Assembly: GCA_903901045.1 (NCBI GenBank)
Contig: CAIUPP010000021.1
Coordinates: 104,491-168,490 of the forward strand
Source of the DNA: an uncultured Planctomycetota bacterium
Lineage (GTDB): Bacteria > Planctomycetota > Brocadiia > CAIUPP01
Direction of reading: 5' to 3'
DNA: 64,000 bases
Made by a program: the position numbers and the translations under genes. This document shows, piece by piece, positions 40,655 to 49,301 of the stretch. A model generated the notes under the pieces. It was given only the letters and a program-made list of their open reading frames with translations, was not told the DNA's origin and did no database searches. How positions within the stretch are numbered: position 1 is the stretch's first letter; every line of letters starts with the position of its first letter.

Positions 40655-42063
40655 TGCGACGCAACGTCATGAAGCCCAAGGTTGGAATTCTCGCGCTGAC
40701 CCTTGAACTGTACGAAACGCTGGCCCCGGGCCTGCGGCAGGACCGCGTGCGATGGGTGCGGCGCGACCTGCTGCCGGCGCTGACGCCGGTCGCGGAGGTT
40801 CTCTTCGACAAGCCCTGTTTCCGGCGCGAGGAAGTGGAGGGGTGCGTCGCGCGGATGGAGGCGCAGGGGGCCGACGCCTTGCTGGTGCTACTGTTGACCT
40901 ATTCCCCCAGCTTGATCGCGCTGCCCGCCCTGCAGCGCACGCGGTTGCCCATTCTCATCTGGAACACCCAGCAGTTATGGGCGGTGGATGAGAAGTTCGG
41001 CGCCCCGGAGATGATCGCCAATCACGGCGTCCACGGCACGCAGGACCTCGCCAACGTCTTGCTGCGCAGCGGCGTGAAGTTCGAATACACCACGAGTCAT
41101 TCCTCGGACCCCGCCGCGCTGGAGGTCATCCGCGATTTCCTCTCCGCCTCGGCGGCGGTCAACCGGCTGCGCCGCTCGCGCATCGGGATGTTGGGGTACC
41201 CCTTCCCCGGCATGGGCGATTTCGGGCTGGACACCACCCACATGACGGCCACGCTCGGCTGCGAATGGACGCAACTGCCCATTGAGGAGTACCTGCTTCG
41301 CGCCGAGAAGGCCTCCGCGCGCGACGTGACCGCGCTGGTGGGGGAGTACCGCCGCGCCTACGCGGTCGCCCCCAACGTGAAGAAGACGGACCTGGATGCG
41401 ACGGCGCGAGTGGAACTGGCCCTGCGGGGTATGGTCGAGGAGCGCAAGTTGAGCGCGCTGACCTACCAGTTCACGGCGTTCGGCGAGGACGAGCGCACCC
41501 CGACGGTGCCGTTCGTCGCGGCGAGCCGCCTGATGGCTGAGGGGATCGGCTTCGGCGGCGAGGGAGACCAGATCGCCGCCGCCGGGACGAGCCTGCTGAA
41601 CTGGCTCGCCCCGCCTGCCACCTTCTCCGAAATCTTCACGATCGATTTCGCAGGGAACGCGCTCTTTATGAGCCACATGGGAGAGGCGAACGTCGCCATG
41701 GCGCGCAAGGACTGCCCCACGCCGTTGCGCGCGCGCGGCAGCGCGATCACGCGCACCCGGCGCGGTCAGCTTGCGCTGGCGGTCAGCCTGGAGCCGGGGC
41801 CGGCCACGCTGTTCGCGCTCACTTCGGGGCCGGCGGGGAAGTGGCGCTTCGTCGTCTCGCCGATGACGATCCTGGATTATCCCATCCTCGATGAGTTCCC
41901 CTGCCCGCACTTCAAGATTGCGCCCGCCGGCGACGTGCGCGACTTCCTCACCGCGTACGCGAAGGCGGGCGGCCCGCACCACAACGCTCTCTGCTTCGGC
42001 GATGCCCGCGGCCGGCTGCGGCAGGCGGCGCGATTGCTGGATGCGGATTATTTCGAGGTCTGA
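40654..42063 (+). CDS. L-arabinose isomerase / L-fucose isomerase superfamily protein
   Basis: The ATG overlaps the upstream stop (ATGA). N-terminus KPKVGILALTLELY and overall AraA-like pattern, ~470 aa. Confidence 0.65.
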   Translation: MRRNVMKPKVGILALTLELYETLAPGLRQDRVRWVRRDLLPALTPVAEVLFDKPCFRREEVEGCVARMEAQGADALLVLLLTYSPSLIALPALQRTRLPILIWNTQQLWAVDEKFGAPEMIANHGVHGTQDLANVLLRSGVKFEYTTSHSSDPAALEVIRDFLSASAAVNRLRRSRIGMLGYPFPGMGDFGLDTTHMTATLGCEWTQLPIEEYLLRAEKASARDVTALVGEYRRAYAVAPNVKKTDLDATARVELALRGMVEERKLSALTYQFTAFGEDERTPTVPFVAASRLMAEGIGFGGEGDQIAAAGTSLLNWLAPPATFSEIFTIDFAGNALFMSHMGEANVAMARKDCPTPLRARGSAITRTRRGQLALAVSLEPGPATLFALTSGPAGKWRFVVSPMTILDYPILDEFPCPHFKIAPAGDVRDFLTAYAKAGGPHHNALCFGDARGRLRQAARLLDADYFEV

Positions 42064-42109
42064 TACGACTGATCCGCCGGATCCGTCCTATCTGCCGGAG
42101 AGGCCCGTC

Positions 42110-43564
42110 ATGTTTATCGGCTTGGACTTGGGAACCACGAACGTCAAAGCGCTGCTGGTGACCCCGCAAGGGCGCGTGCTGGCGCGCGGCGCGGCGCCCA
42201 TTCCGCTTCACCGGCGGCCCGACGGCGCGGTGGAGCAGGAGATCGAGGAGATTTGGAACGCCACGCAGACGGCCATGCGCCAGGTGGGCAGCCACCCCCG
42301 CGCCCGCGACGTGCGCGCGATCGGGGTCTCAAGCCAGGGTGGGGCGATGCAGCCGCTTGACGCGGCGGGCGCGCCGGCCGGCCGCGTCATCAGTTGGCTG
42401 GATGGCCGTGGCGCGCCTTACGACCGGCAGATGGAGCGGCGGCTGGGCCTGGACTGGTTCCCTGCGCACATCGGCTTCGGCATGAGCGGCGTGTCCATCG
42501 GCCAATGCCTGCGGTTGCGCCAGGAGCAGCCGGGCCTGCTCGACTCCCCGCGCCGCATCGGCTACGTCGGCGACGTGATCGTCTCGCGCCTCTGCGGACG
42601 CCCCGCGCATGACGCCACGTCGCTCTCCATCGCCATGCTTTACAACCCCGCGCTCGGCGACGCGGATGCCGGACTGCTGCGCGAGCTGGGCCTGGAGAAA
42701 GCGCAACTGCCGCCGCTCCTCTCGCCGCGCGACTCGGCGGGCCCTCTCCGCGCGGAGGCGGCCCGCGAATGGTCCCTGCCCTCGGGCATCCCGGTCTCTC
42801 CCGCGGTGCACGACCAGTATGCGGCGGCGCTCGGGGCGGGAGTGACCGAGCCGGGCGACATGATGTTCGGCGCGGGGACCGCCTGGGTCTTGTTGGCCAT
42901 GACGGAGCGGCTCGCGCTCCCCGTTATCCCGCAGGCGATTGTCTGCCGCCATGTGGCGGAAGGAGTGTACGGCCAGATGCTGTCCATGGGGAACGGCGGC
43001 TCCTCTTTCAAGTGGGCGCTCGAACTGATCGGTCGGCCTCACGCCTGCCGCGAGGAGGTAGACGCGCTACTCAACGCCGTCCCGGCCGGAAGCGACGGCC
43101 TGCTGTTTCGTCCGCAGCTTGCGCCGTCTCAGGCGGCGGGAATGCCCGCCGGCCTGCGGGGCGGAATGGAGGGACTGCGCCTGTCCCACACCCCGGCGCA
43201 CCTGCTGCGCGCCGTCCTGGAAGGGCTGAGCCTGGAGTTGGCGCGGTACCTGGCGCTGCTGAACGGCGGGGGTATCCCCGTGCGGCGGCTGGCGCTGTGC
43301 GGCGGGGCCGCCGGCAGCGCGGTCACTCCGCAACTCGTCGCCGACGCCGTGGGCCTGCCGGTTTCATGCGTCGCGGAACCTGAGATGAGCGCGTTTGGGG
43401 CGGCGGTCATCGCGCGGGGGCTTGTGGAGCCGGGGCAATCGCTGGCCGACGTGGCGCGCTCCATGCCGGTCGAGGCCCGTCTTCTCAACCCCGGCGGGAA
43501 CCGGGCGGCGTATCAGGCGCTCTTCACGCGTTATCTCGCGCGGCTCAAAGCCGCCGCCGAGTGA
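42110..43564 (+). CDS. FGGY family carbohydrate kinase (xylulo/ribulo/rhamnulo/fuculokinase-like)
   Basis: N-terminal MFIGLDLGTTNVKA (FGGY signature 1) and C-terminal GGAAGSAV…FGAAVIA (signature 2 region). Confidence 0.85.
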   Translation: MFIGLDLGTTNVKALLVTPQGRVLARGAAPIPLHRRPDGAVEQEIEEIWNATQTAMRQVGSHPRARDVRAIGVSSQGGAMQPLDAAGAPAGRVISWLDGRGAPYDRQMERRLGLDWFPAHIGFGMSGVSIGQCLRLRQEQPGLLDSPRRIGYVGDVIVSRLCGRPAHDATSLSIAMLYNPALGDADAGLLRELGLEKAQLPPLLSPRDSAGPLRAEAAREWSLPSGIPVSPAVHDQYAAALGAGVTEPGDMMFGAGTAWVLLAMTERLALPVIPQAIVCRHVAEGVYGQMLSMGNGGSSFKWALELIGRPHACREEVDALLNAVPAGSDGLLFRPQLAPSQAAGMPAGLRGGMEGLRLSHTPAHLLRAVLEGLSLELARYLALLNGGGIPVRRLALCGGAAGSAVTPQLVADAVGLPVSCVAEPEMSAFGAAVIARGLVEPGQSLADVARSMPVEARLLNPGGNRAAYQALFTRYLARLKAAAE

Positions 43565-43582
43565 TCCCCGCGCCGCGGCGGG

Positions 43583-44443
43583 CTAGCGTTCCCGCGCCGC
43601 GAACTGGCCCGCCGTCATGCCCGTCACCTTCTTGAAAACCCGCATGAAGTGGAACACGTCTCGGAAACCCGTGCGCGCGCTCGCCATTTTGATCGGCAGG
43701 CCGTCCGCCAACAACTCTTTCGCGCGCGTCACGCGCTGTGTCGCGACATACCGTAGCGGCCCCAGGCCCGTGTAGGACTTGAACAGCCGGCGGAATTGCG
43801 CGGCGCTCAGATGACACCGGGAAGCTGTCGCAGGGAGCGAGAACGGCTCCGCCGAGTGCTCGGCGAGGAACCGCACGGCCTCTTCGATCCGCTCATCCGT
43901 TCGCGGGCGCCGGCGCATGGAAGAATGGTAGAGCATCTGGATCATGTTCATCACCACGATCTTCCGCCGAAGCACTGCGTCGCGCCCTTCGGAATCCAGA
44001 ATCAGCTTCAGCTCCGCATGCGCCTGCCTCACGACCTGCAACCGGTCCTCGACGACGGGGCGCTTTGCGCTGATGTAGCCGCACTGCTCCAAACGGGCGG
44101 CCTCCTCGCCATTCCAGACGACCCACAGCGTCTCCCAACTCGTGTCAGGCCCGTAATGCGCCGGCTCCTCCGGAAAGAGAAATATTACGCCGTGCTCAGC
44201 CACGGCAAGGCGGCCCGTCGTCCGCGAGGCGAACCAGCCCTTCCCCTTCTTCACGTAGACTGCCGCATACTGGCCAAGAAGGCGCATGGGGGGAGGGGAG
44301 GCTCGGTTGGTCGCCTCTCCTATTCGGTCCACCCAAAGGCCGATCGCTCGCTCGATGTTTGAAGGGGTGCGGAACCGCTGCTCCCGGTGAACGGGTTCTC
44401 TCGGTATGCGCGAACCGTCCATAGACCTGGCGCTTCCGTGCAT
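43583..44443 (-). CDS. AraC family transcriptional regulator (cupin-like N-terminus + AraC HTH)
   Basis: C-terminal AraC HTH (LSAAQFRRLFKSYTGLGPLRYV…ARTGFRDVFHFMRVFKKVTG). Start chosen at the ATG at 44443, because the longer ORF runs into the divergent AT-rich promoter region. Confidence 0.7.
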   Translation of the reverse strand: MHGSARSMDGSRIPREPVHREQRFRTPSNIERAIGLWVDRIGEATNRASPPPMRLLGQYAAVYVKKGKGWFASRTTGRLAVAEHGVIFLFPEEPAHYGPDTSWETLWVVWNGEEAARLEQCGYISAKRPVVEDRLQVVRQAHAELKLILDSEGRDAVLRRKIVVMNMIQMLYHSSMRRRPRTDERIEEAVRFLAEHSAEPFSLPATASRCHLSAAQFRRLFKSYTGLGPLRYVATQRVTRAKELLADGLPIKMASARTGFRDVFHFMRVFKKVTGMTAGQFAARER

Positions 44444-44534
44444 TGGCGCGGCCCTGCGGGAAGTTATAATAGTCAAATATGTACTGCGGATATGAGCCAG
44501 TGGTTGAGAATACAGAAGAAGAGGGTCAAAGTCA
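44444..44534. promoter_or_regulatory. AT-rich divergent promoter region (TATAAT at 44465-44470 on + strand; TTGACT/TATTAT on - strand)
   Basis: GAAGTTATAATAGTCAAATATGTAC is an AT-rich island between the divergently transcribed AraC and URO-D genes. A weak -35 (TTGGCG) lies 16 nt upstream of the TATAAT. Confidence 0.4.
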
Positions 44535-45689
44535 ATGAATGCAATAAAAGGACATAAGGCCATGACCGGACGGCAGCGGCAATTGGACACGTTGCTTTTC
44601 AGGCAACCGGACCGCATTCCTCTGGTCCCCGGCGGCGGGCGTCAGTCGACGCGCGAGGCGTGGTATCGCCAGGGGTTGCCCCGCGACGTCAAGGACATTC
44701 CGCAGTACGCCTATCGCCAGGCCGGCGGCAAGCTCGATTGGCCCACGGGCGGGCCGGGGTTCATCACAGCCGAGCGGATGATCCCCATGTTCGAAGAGAA
44801 GGTGATCGAGCGCAAAGAGCGCTCGCAGATCGTACAGGACTGGAAAGGGAACATCTGCGAGATCGGCAACGAGTTCACGACGGAGTACCTGCGCAACGCG
44901 CTGGACTTCGTCACGCGGCGGTGGGTCAAGTGCCCCGTCGAGAACGCCGCCAATTGGGAGGAGATGAAACGGCGCTATGATCCGAATACTCCGGAACGCC
45001 TTCCGGCGGACGCCGCGACCCTGGGACCGAGCCTGGCGAACCGCGAGCACTACATCGCCATTAACTTCTCGGGTCCCTTCTGGCAACTCCGGGAGTGGTG
45101 CGGATTCGAGCCGCTCTGCGTCATGCTCTACGACAACCGGCCCCTGGTGATGAAGATGCTGACGTTCTGGGAGGAGTACGTCTCGCAATTGCTGGAGCGG
45201 ACCTTCCGCTGCTTCATCCCGGACGAAGTGCATCTCTCCGAGGACATGGCGTACAAGAGCTTTTCGATGATTTCGCCCGCGATGACGCGCGAACTGCTCC
45301 TCCCCATGTACAAGCGGTGGGGGGCGATGGTCCGCAAGGCCGGCGTGCCGATTTACGCGATGGATTCCGACGGCTACGTCGGCGAACTGATCCCGATGTG
45401 GTTGGAAGCAGGCATCAACGTCTGCGATCCGATCGAGGTGGCGGCAGGAAACGACATCGTCGCCTTTCGCAAGGAGTTCGGAAAAGACATGGCCTACCGC
45501 GGCGGCGTGGACAAGCGCGCAATCGCGAAGGGGGGAGATGCAATCCTGGAGGAAATGCGGCGCATCGAGCCGGTAATCAGCGGCGGCGGCTGTATTCCCA
45601 GTTGCGACCACGGCGTGCCGTCGGATGTCTCCTGGCCCAATTATGTGCGGTTCACCGGGTTGCTGGCAAAGGCGACCGGTTGGCTCTAG
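44535..45689 (+). CDS. URO-D/MtaA family protein
   Basis: N-terminus LLFRQPDRIPLVPGGG and C-terminus GGGCIPSCDHGVPSDVSWPN, 384 aa. Confidence 0.75.
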   Translation: MNAIKGHKAMTGRQRQLDTLLFRQPDRIPLVPGGGRQSTREAWYRQGLPRDVKDIPQYAYRQAGGKLDWPTGGPGFITAERMIPMFEEKVIERKERSQIVQDWKGNICEIGNEFTTEYLRNALDFVTRRWVKCPVENAANWEEMKRRYDPNTPERLPADAATLGPSLANREHYIAINFSGPFWQLREWCGFEPLCVMLYDNRPLVMKMLTFWEEYVSQLLERTFRCFIPDEVHLSEDMAYKSFSMISPAMTRELLLPMYKRWGAMVRKAGVPIYAMDSDGYVGELIPMWLEAGINVCDPIEVAAGNDIVAFRKEFGKDMAYRGGVDKRAIAKGGDAILEEMRRIEPVISGGGCIPSCDHGVPSDVSWPNYVRFTGLLAKATGWL

Positions 45690-45764
45690 AGCACTTTAGG
45701 CTTTCATGGCTACGGTGTGTGATAGTGGCGAGGAGCGCTAGCCTGGGCAGGCCGGTCGCCTGAT

Positions 45765-45784
45765 GGGCGCAGCATGCTGCGCCC
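45765..45784 (+). terminator. perfect 20-nt palindrome GGGCGCAGCATGCTGCGCCC (possible terminator hairpin, no U-tract)
   Basis: A perfect palindrome 75 nt after the URO-D stop. Its function is unknown. Confidence 0.25.
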
Positions 45785-45898
45785 CTACACAGCGACGCAG
45801 GCATGGAACGTTATGACGCTCTAAAACGCTACCGCTTCGCAGAACCATAACAGGCGCACCAACTTAGAATCCACCCTAAGATCAGCAAAGGCCTCCGT

Positions 45899-45927
45899 TT
45901 GACAACAAGTAACCAATCGGTTATAAG
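45899..45927 (+). promoter_or_regulatory. sigma70-like promoter TTGACA-17nt-TATAAG upstream of TetR gene
   Basis: TTGACA at 45899-45904, a 17-nt spacer, then TATAAG at 45922-45927. AAGGAGAGG follows at 45937-45945. Confidence 0.55.
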
Positions 45928-45947
45928 TGAGTTCAAAGGAGAGGCCG

Positions 45948-46586
45948 TTGGCGAAAGTGCGCAAGAAGCAGGTGCGGGATGCGGAGGGAAGCCGGAGGAG
46001 GCTTCTTGAGGCGGGGCTCAAGGTGTTCTCCGAGCGCGGCCCGGCCGGCGGGTCGGTCTCCATGATTGCGCGCGAGGCCGGCATCAATCGCCGGATGCTC
46101 TACCACTACTTCGGGAGCAAGGAAGGTCTCTATCGCGCCGCGTTTCGCCACGCCTACGAGCAGTTATCCTTCGCGGAGATCGGCCTCGCCGACATGGCGT
46201 TGAGCGCCGAGGAACTCCTGGCGCGTTTGATCCGGCACTATGCCGAGTTCCATGCCACGCACCCGCACCACGTGCGGCTGCTGATGTGGGAAAATTTGCG
46301 GCAAGGGAAGGCGGCCAGAGAGTTGCACATCGGCGACATCAAGGCGCCGATCATGGAAGCGCTGCGCGCCGCCCTCGACCGGGGCAGGCGCGAAGGGCGC
46401 TTCCGGGCCGACGTCGATGAGCGGCGGCTGCTCATCAGTTGCATGGCGCTGAGCTTCTTCTGCCACTCGAACCGCTACACCATCGCCGAGGCGCTCGGCA
46501 GCGACCTGGGGGACGGGGAAGTGGCCAGGGCGCAGGTCGAGCACAATGTCAAGATGGTCCTGGATGGAATCCGCACCCGAGGCTGA
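45948..46586 (+). CDS. TetR/AcrR family transcriptional regulator
   Basis: HTH (VSMIAREAGINRRMLYHYFGSKEGLY). The tool ORF starts at a GTG at 45927, which lies inside the -10. TTG at 45948 or GTG at 45957, after the SD, are more plausible starts. Confidence 0.75.
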   Translation: MAKVRKKQVRDAEGSRRRLLEAGLKVFSERGPAGGSVSMIAREAGINRRMLYHYFGSKEGLYRAAFRHAYEQLSFAEIGLADMALSAEELLARLIRHYAEFHATHPHHVRLLMWENLRQGKAARELHIGDIKAPIMEALRAALDRGRREGRFRADVDERRLLISCMALSFFCHSNRYTIAEALGSDLGDGEVARAQVEHNVKMVLDGIRTRG

Positions 46587-46603
46587 GTCAAGGAGCGACG
46601 ACG

Positions 46604-49261
46604 ATGAAGGTTGACCTCGCAGGGATGTCCCTGCCGGTTCAGGTGGGGGGGCTGACGTTCAGGAATCCCTTCTATGTCGGCTCCGGGCCGACCTCCAAGT
46701 CCATCGAGCATCTGGTCAAGGCGGACGAACTGGGGTGGGCCGGCGCCAGCATCAAGCTGACTTTCGACCCCGCGCCGTACGTCAGCCTCGACCCGCGCTA
46801 CGGCTGGTTCGAGGATCAGGGGTTCCTCTCCTTCAGCGCGGAAACTCGCCTCGATATCGGGGAGGGGCTCGAACTGGTTCGCCAGGGGCGCAAGCAGTGC
46901 CGCCCCGACTTCCTCATCATGGCCAACATCACCTACGTCGGAGAGAAGCCGGGCGTGCAGGGCTGGGTGGATATGGCCCGTCGTTTTGAGGAGGCCGGCG
47001 CGCACATCGTCGAACTGAACATGTGCTGCCCGAACATGAGCTACAACGTGCGCCTCAGCGACACGCAGGACACCGCGCACCAGACCGGGGCCAGCCTCGG
47101 CCAGAACGCGGAGGCGCTGGGCCACATCGTGGGGGAAGTGCGCAAGGGGATTGGGATACCGCTCTTCGTCAAGCTCACCCCCGAAGGGGGCCGCATCGCG
47201 CAGGTTGCCAAGGCCTGCTTCGAGGCGGGCGCGGATGCCGTCGGAGGGACCGCCAACCGCCTCGGGGTTCCGCTGGTCGACCTGGACAATCCCGTCAAGT
47301 CGCCGTACCAACTCCAGAAAGAGCCGAGCATGAGTTGCCTGTGCGGCCCCTGGCTCCGTCCGCTGGCCTTTCGCGACGTGTATGAAATGCGCAAGCTGGT
47401 CGGCCCGAAGCCCCGCTTGACCTGCGCCGGCGGCATCATGGACCTGCGCGACTGCGTCACGGCGGTCTCCTGCGGGGCCGACTTGCTCGTCGTCTGCAGC
47501 GGCATTCTGCTCAAAGGCTTCGAGATGCTGCCTCCCCTCATGGCCGACATCAAGGCGTACCTGAAGGAGAAGAATCTCAAGCACCTCTCCGACCTGCGCG
47601 ACGGCCTCGTGCAGACCATCACCCCGGCGAACAAACTCACCGTCTTCAAGGGATATGCCCGCAAGAAGAGCGACTTCCTGCGCGGGCCGTGCCAGGCTGC
47701 CTGCCCGTTCAGCGTCCCGGCGCAGGACTATGTCACGCTCATCGCGGAGGGGGACTTCCAGCGCGCCTATCGCATGATCACCAGCCGGAACCCGCTCCAA
47801 TCCATCTGCGGCTGGGTGTGCAGCCATCCCTGCGAGAGCGAATGCACGCGCGCGCTTGCCGACGAGCCGCTCCGCATCCGCGACCTGAAGCGTTTCGTGC
47901 TGGAATACGGCCTCCGGAAGGGCTGGAAGCCCGACATCGACCGCGCCGCGCCGCGCTGCGAGAAGGTGGCGGTGATCGGCGCAGGCCCGGCGGGGCTGAG
48001 CGCCGCCTGGCATCTCGCGCGCGCGGGGTACAAGGTGACCGTGTTCGAGGCCCAATCGAAAGCGGGCGGCATGTTGCGCTGCGCCATCCCGCGTTTCCGC
48101 CTTCCGATGGCCGTCCTGGATGCTGAGATCGCGGCCGCCAGATCGCTCGGCGTGGAATTCCGCATGGGGCAGAAATTCGGCGCGGAGGTTACGCACAAGA
48201 GCCTCAAGGCGGAAGGTTTCAAGACCACCGTCCTGGCCATCGGCGCTTCGGTCGGCCTGCCGCTGGGCGTGCCCGGCGAGGAGGCCCAGGGCTGCCTTTC
48301 CGCGCTCGAATTTCTTGGCAAGGCCGCAAAGAGCCGGAAGGCGGGCGTGGGTCGGCGCGTGGCGGTCGTCGGCGGCGGCTTTACGGCGGTGGACGCGGCG
48401 CGCACGGCGCGGCGGCTTGGGGCCGCGGAGGTCTATATCCTCTATCGCCGCACGCGCAACGAAATGCCGGCGACCTCCGAAGAGATGGACGAAGCGGAGG
48501 CCGAAGGGGTGAAGATCATGTACCTAGTCTCCCCCAGGGAAGTGCTCAGCCGGAATGGGAAAGTCGTGGGCATCCGCATGGTCAACCACGTCCTGGCCGA
48601 ACGCGACGCCTCCGGTCGACGCCGGCCCGCCGAGGTGGAGGGCACGGAATTCATTCTGAAAGTGGACGCCATCATCAGCGCCGTCTCGCAGAAGGTCGGC
48701 CAGGGGGCGCAGGAATTGGGCGTGCGGCTGGCGAAAGGGGCCATTGCCACGCGAAGCGACGACGTCAGCACGAACGTGCTTGGTGTATTCGCCGCGGGCG
48801 ACGCGACCGCCGGGCCCGATAGCGTCATTGCCGCGGTCGCCTCGGGCTACCGCGCCGCCGTGGCGGCGGACGCCTCCATCGCCGGCCGGAAGGCGTTTCT
48901 CGAAGCCGACCCGATCCTGACCCCGGCCGACAAGGCGCTGGTGCTGAGGCGCAACGCAAAGCTCGTCCGGCGAGACCGCATCGCCCCGCAACTGCGACCC
49001 GCGGCGGAGCGTGCGCGCGACTTCGATGTGATCCAGGCCGTCATGACCGAGGCGGAAGCCGTGGCGGAGGCGAGCCGATGCCTTCGATGCGGATGCTCGG
49101 TCACCTGCGGCCTGTGCGCGCGCGTCTGTTCCTCCTTCGCCATCGCGCCGGAGGGGAATGGCCGGCAGGAGCGCATCGACCGGCAGAAATGCCACGCCTG
49201 CGGCATGTGCGCGCAGTTGTGCCCGAACCGGAATATCGAGATCGTGGCGGAGACAACTTAA
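46604..49261 (+). CDS. single-chain dihydropyrimidine dehydrogenase-like oxidoreductase: N-terminal DHODH/DPD-type FMN TIM barrel + GltD-like FeS/FAD/NAD(P)H domains + C-terminal 2x[4Fe-4S] ferredoxin
   Basis: ATG at 46604 with AAGGAG 8 nt upstream. FRNPFYVGSGPTSKSIEHLVKADELGWAGASIKLT is the DPD/DHODH barrel. GltD-type Cys cluster region (CPFSVPAQDYV…). Dinucleotide fold KVAVIGAGPAGLSAAWHLARAGYKVTVFE. C-terminal ferredoxin cluster (CLRCGCSVTCGLCARVC…CHACGMCAQLCP). Confidence 0.8.
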   Translation: MKVDLAGMSLPVQVGGLTFRNPFYVGSGPTSKSIEHLVKADELGWAGASIKLTFDPAPYVSLDPRYGWFEDQGFLSFSAETRLDIGEGLELVRQGRKQCRPDFLIMANITYVGEKPGVQGWVDMARRFEEAGAHIVELNMCCPNMSYNVRLSDTQDTAHQTGASLGQNAEALGHIVGEVRKGIGIPLFVKLTPEGGRIAQVAKACFEAGADAVGGTANRLGVPLVDLDNPVKSPYQLQKEPSMSCLCGPWLRPLAFRDVYEMRKLVGPKPRLTCAGGIMDLRDCVTAVSCGADLLVVCSGILLKGFEMLPPLMADIKAYLKEKNLKHLSDLRDGLVQTITPANKLTVFKGYARKKSDFLRGPCQAACPFSVPAQDYVTLIAEGDFQRAYRMITSRNPLQSICGWVCSHPCESECTRALADEPLRIRDLKRFVLEYGLRKGWKPDIDRAAPRCEKVAVIGAGPAGLSAAWHLARAGYKVTVFEAQSKAGGMLRCAIPRFRLPMAVLDAEIAAARSLGVEFRMGQKFGAEVTHKSLKAEGFKTTVLAIGASVGLPLGVPGEEAQGCLSALEFLGKAAKSRKAGVGRRVAVVGGGFTAVDAARTARRLGAAEVYILYRRTRNEMPATSEEMDEAEAEGVKIMYLVSPREVLSRNGKVVGIRMVNHVLAERDASGRRRPAEVEGTEFILKVDAIISAVSQKVGQGAQELGVRLAKGAIATRSDDVSTNVLGVFAAGDATAGPDSVIAAVASGYRAAVAADASIAGRKAFLEADPILTPADKALVLRRNAKLVRRDRIAPQLRPAAERARDFDVIQAVMTEAEAVAEASRCLRCGCSVTCGLCARVCSSFAIAPEGNGRQERIDRQKCHACGMCAQLCPNRNIEIVAETT

Positions 49262-49301
49262 CAGAGACCCGAACCTCCTGCTGAAGAGGATGGAGCAAGA
49301 A

